From the human T2T-CHM13v2.0 reference genome, Homo sapiens, in NCBI RefSeq assembly GCF_009914755.1, contig NC_060928.1: 64,000 bases of DNA; one strand, written 5' to 3'. How positions within the stretch are numbered: the first letter of the stretch is position 1; every line of letters starts with the position of its first letter. Shown here piece by piece: positions 63,001 through 64,000 of the stretch. The notes beneath the pieces are model-generated. The model was given only the letters and a program-made list of their open reading frames with translations, was not told where the DNA came from and searched no databases. Position numbers and translations under genes: made by a program.

Positions 63001-64000
63001 ATTTGTCACCTAAAAAAGTTTTTGTACCTTTGGCTAATGCAGTCTATTGAGATTTGGAATGCATGAAGGTTTTGCCTTTTTTTGCCACATAAAATGGCAA
63101 AAAATTAATGTAAACCCAGGCATATTCCTTGAGAATTTTAAGAAAAAAATTGGAAGTTGAGGATCTGGACATTGATTTTATTAGAACAACTCGTGATCTG
63201 CACCCCATGGAAAATATTTCAGTACCTTTTACACATGTTCATTTTAAGGCTAGGGTAGTTAGAAAATTGGTTTTTGATACGAAAGATCAGAGATGAAAGA
63301 GTATCTCCTAAAACTATCTGAATTACAAATTAGGAATGGATTTTTTCTAGTGGTCCATTAGCCTCTCCAATGTATTCAGAAAGCGTCATTTAAATCCAAA
63401 GAAACAGTAACTCTATCAAATGAAGGCAAGTCCTCTTTAACTTTGGTTGCTCCTCCCTGTTCTCTGCATGTCATTAAACCAAAAGGAAATTCTAGGGAAT
63501 GCTCTACTTGGAACATAGACCACATTCTCAACTGTAGCATGTACAATACTGATATTGATCATGGGATGAATGGAGAGAGCTAAACTTTTCCATATGGTCT
63601 CAGCTCCTAGAGATATCTAAACTACGAGGTTTACCTGGCTCTTGATTGTTTTTGTTTGTTTTAGACCCATCCCCACTCATTTAAAATGGATAGGACAGAA
63701 CACTTCCACTCCATGCTCAAAAAGCAGCATCTCAGGTTTTACAGCAGTGGTTGGGAGTAATATATAATTATAAAGTACTCTATAATTTGTAATTGGATAA
63801 GTATAATTGTCCTAACCAAAAGAGAGGAAGAAACTGCACAATCTTAAGGTCTCTTCCAAATCTGGGATTTATAGTAAAACATTTTCATTGTTGCCTTATA
63901 AATTTTCCTGATGTCATGACCTAATTTTACTTCAGAGAAGTAACATGGTAGGGCAAAATTTGGAGTTATACTGCAATTCAATTTATGCTTCCTTAAATCA
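57024..64000 (-). other. DKK2: 3' part of DKK2 intron 1; exon 1 (signal peptide) lies beyond the window
   Basis: No signal-peptide exon or CpG-island promoter is visible upstream of exon 2 in this window. Confidence 0.8.
62585..62720. repeat. ~63-bp tandem duplication in DKK2 intron 1
   Basis: ttaaacattttctaagataaaatttgcagtaatttga starts at both 62585 and 62648; the tails differ by small indels. Confidence 0.9.

Overview
Primate (most likely human) genomic DNA, AT-rich, matching the DKK2 locus. The minus strand carries the last three coding exons of DKK2 (Dickkopf WNT signalling inhibitor 2): exon 2 at 56873-57023, exon 3 at 55619-55774 and exon 4 CDS at 55028-55278. A roughly 2.1 kb 3'UTR ends near an ATTAAA signal at ~52.9 kb, and 57024-64000 is the 3' end of the long first intron; exon 1 lies outside the window. 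The downstream intergenic region (1-37 kb) is packed with retroelements: four primate L1s with recognisable target-site duplications, Alus, MaLR/ERV1 solo LTRs, old L1M/L2/MIR and DNA-transposon fossils. Two of the L1s have twin-priming 5' inversions, one has an in-frame ~1 kb internal deletion whose junction also reads as a GC-AG splice, and one is nested inside an older L1. There is a strong CTCF motif at ~29.9 kb and a repeat-free, motif-rich candidate enhancer at ~39.7-40.6 kb. I found no support for a wholly new biological system. The best second-look items are the L1 junction structures, the CTCF site between direct L1 repeats, and DKK2 splicing/3'UTR elements. Repeat subfamily names come from recalled consensus motifs and were not computed.
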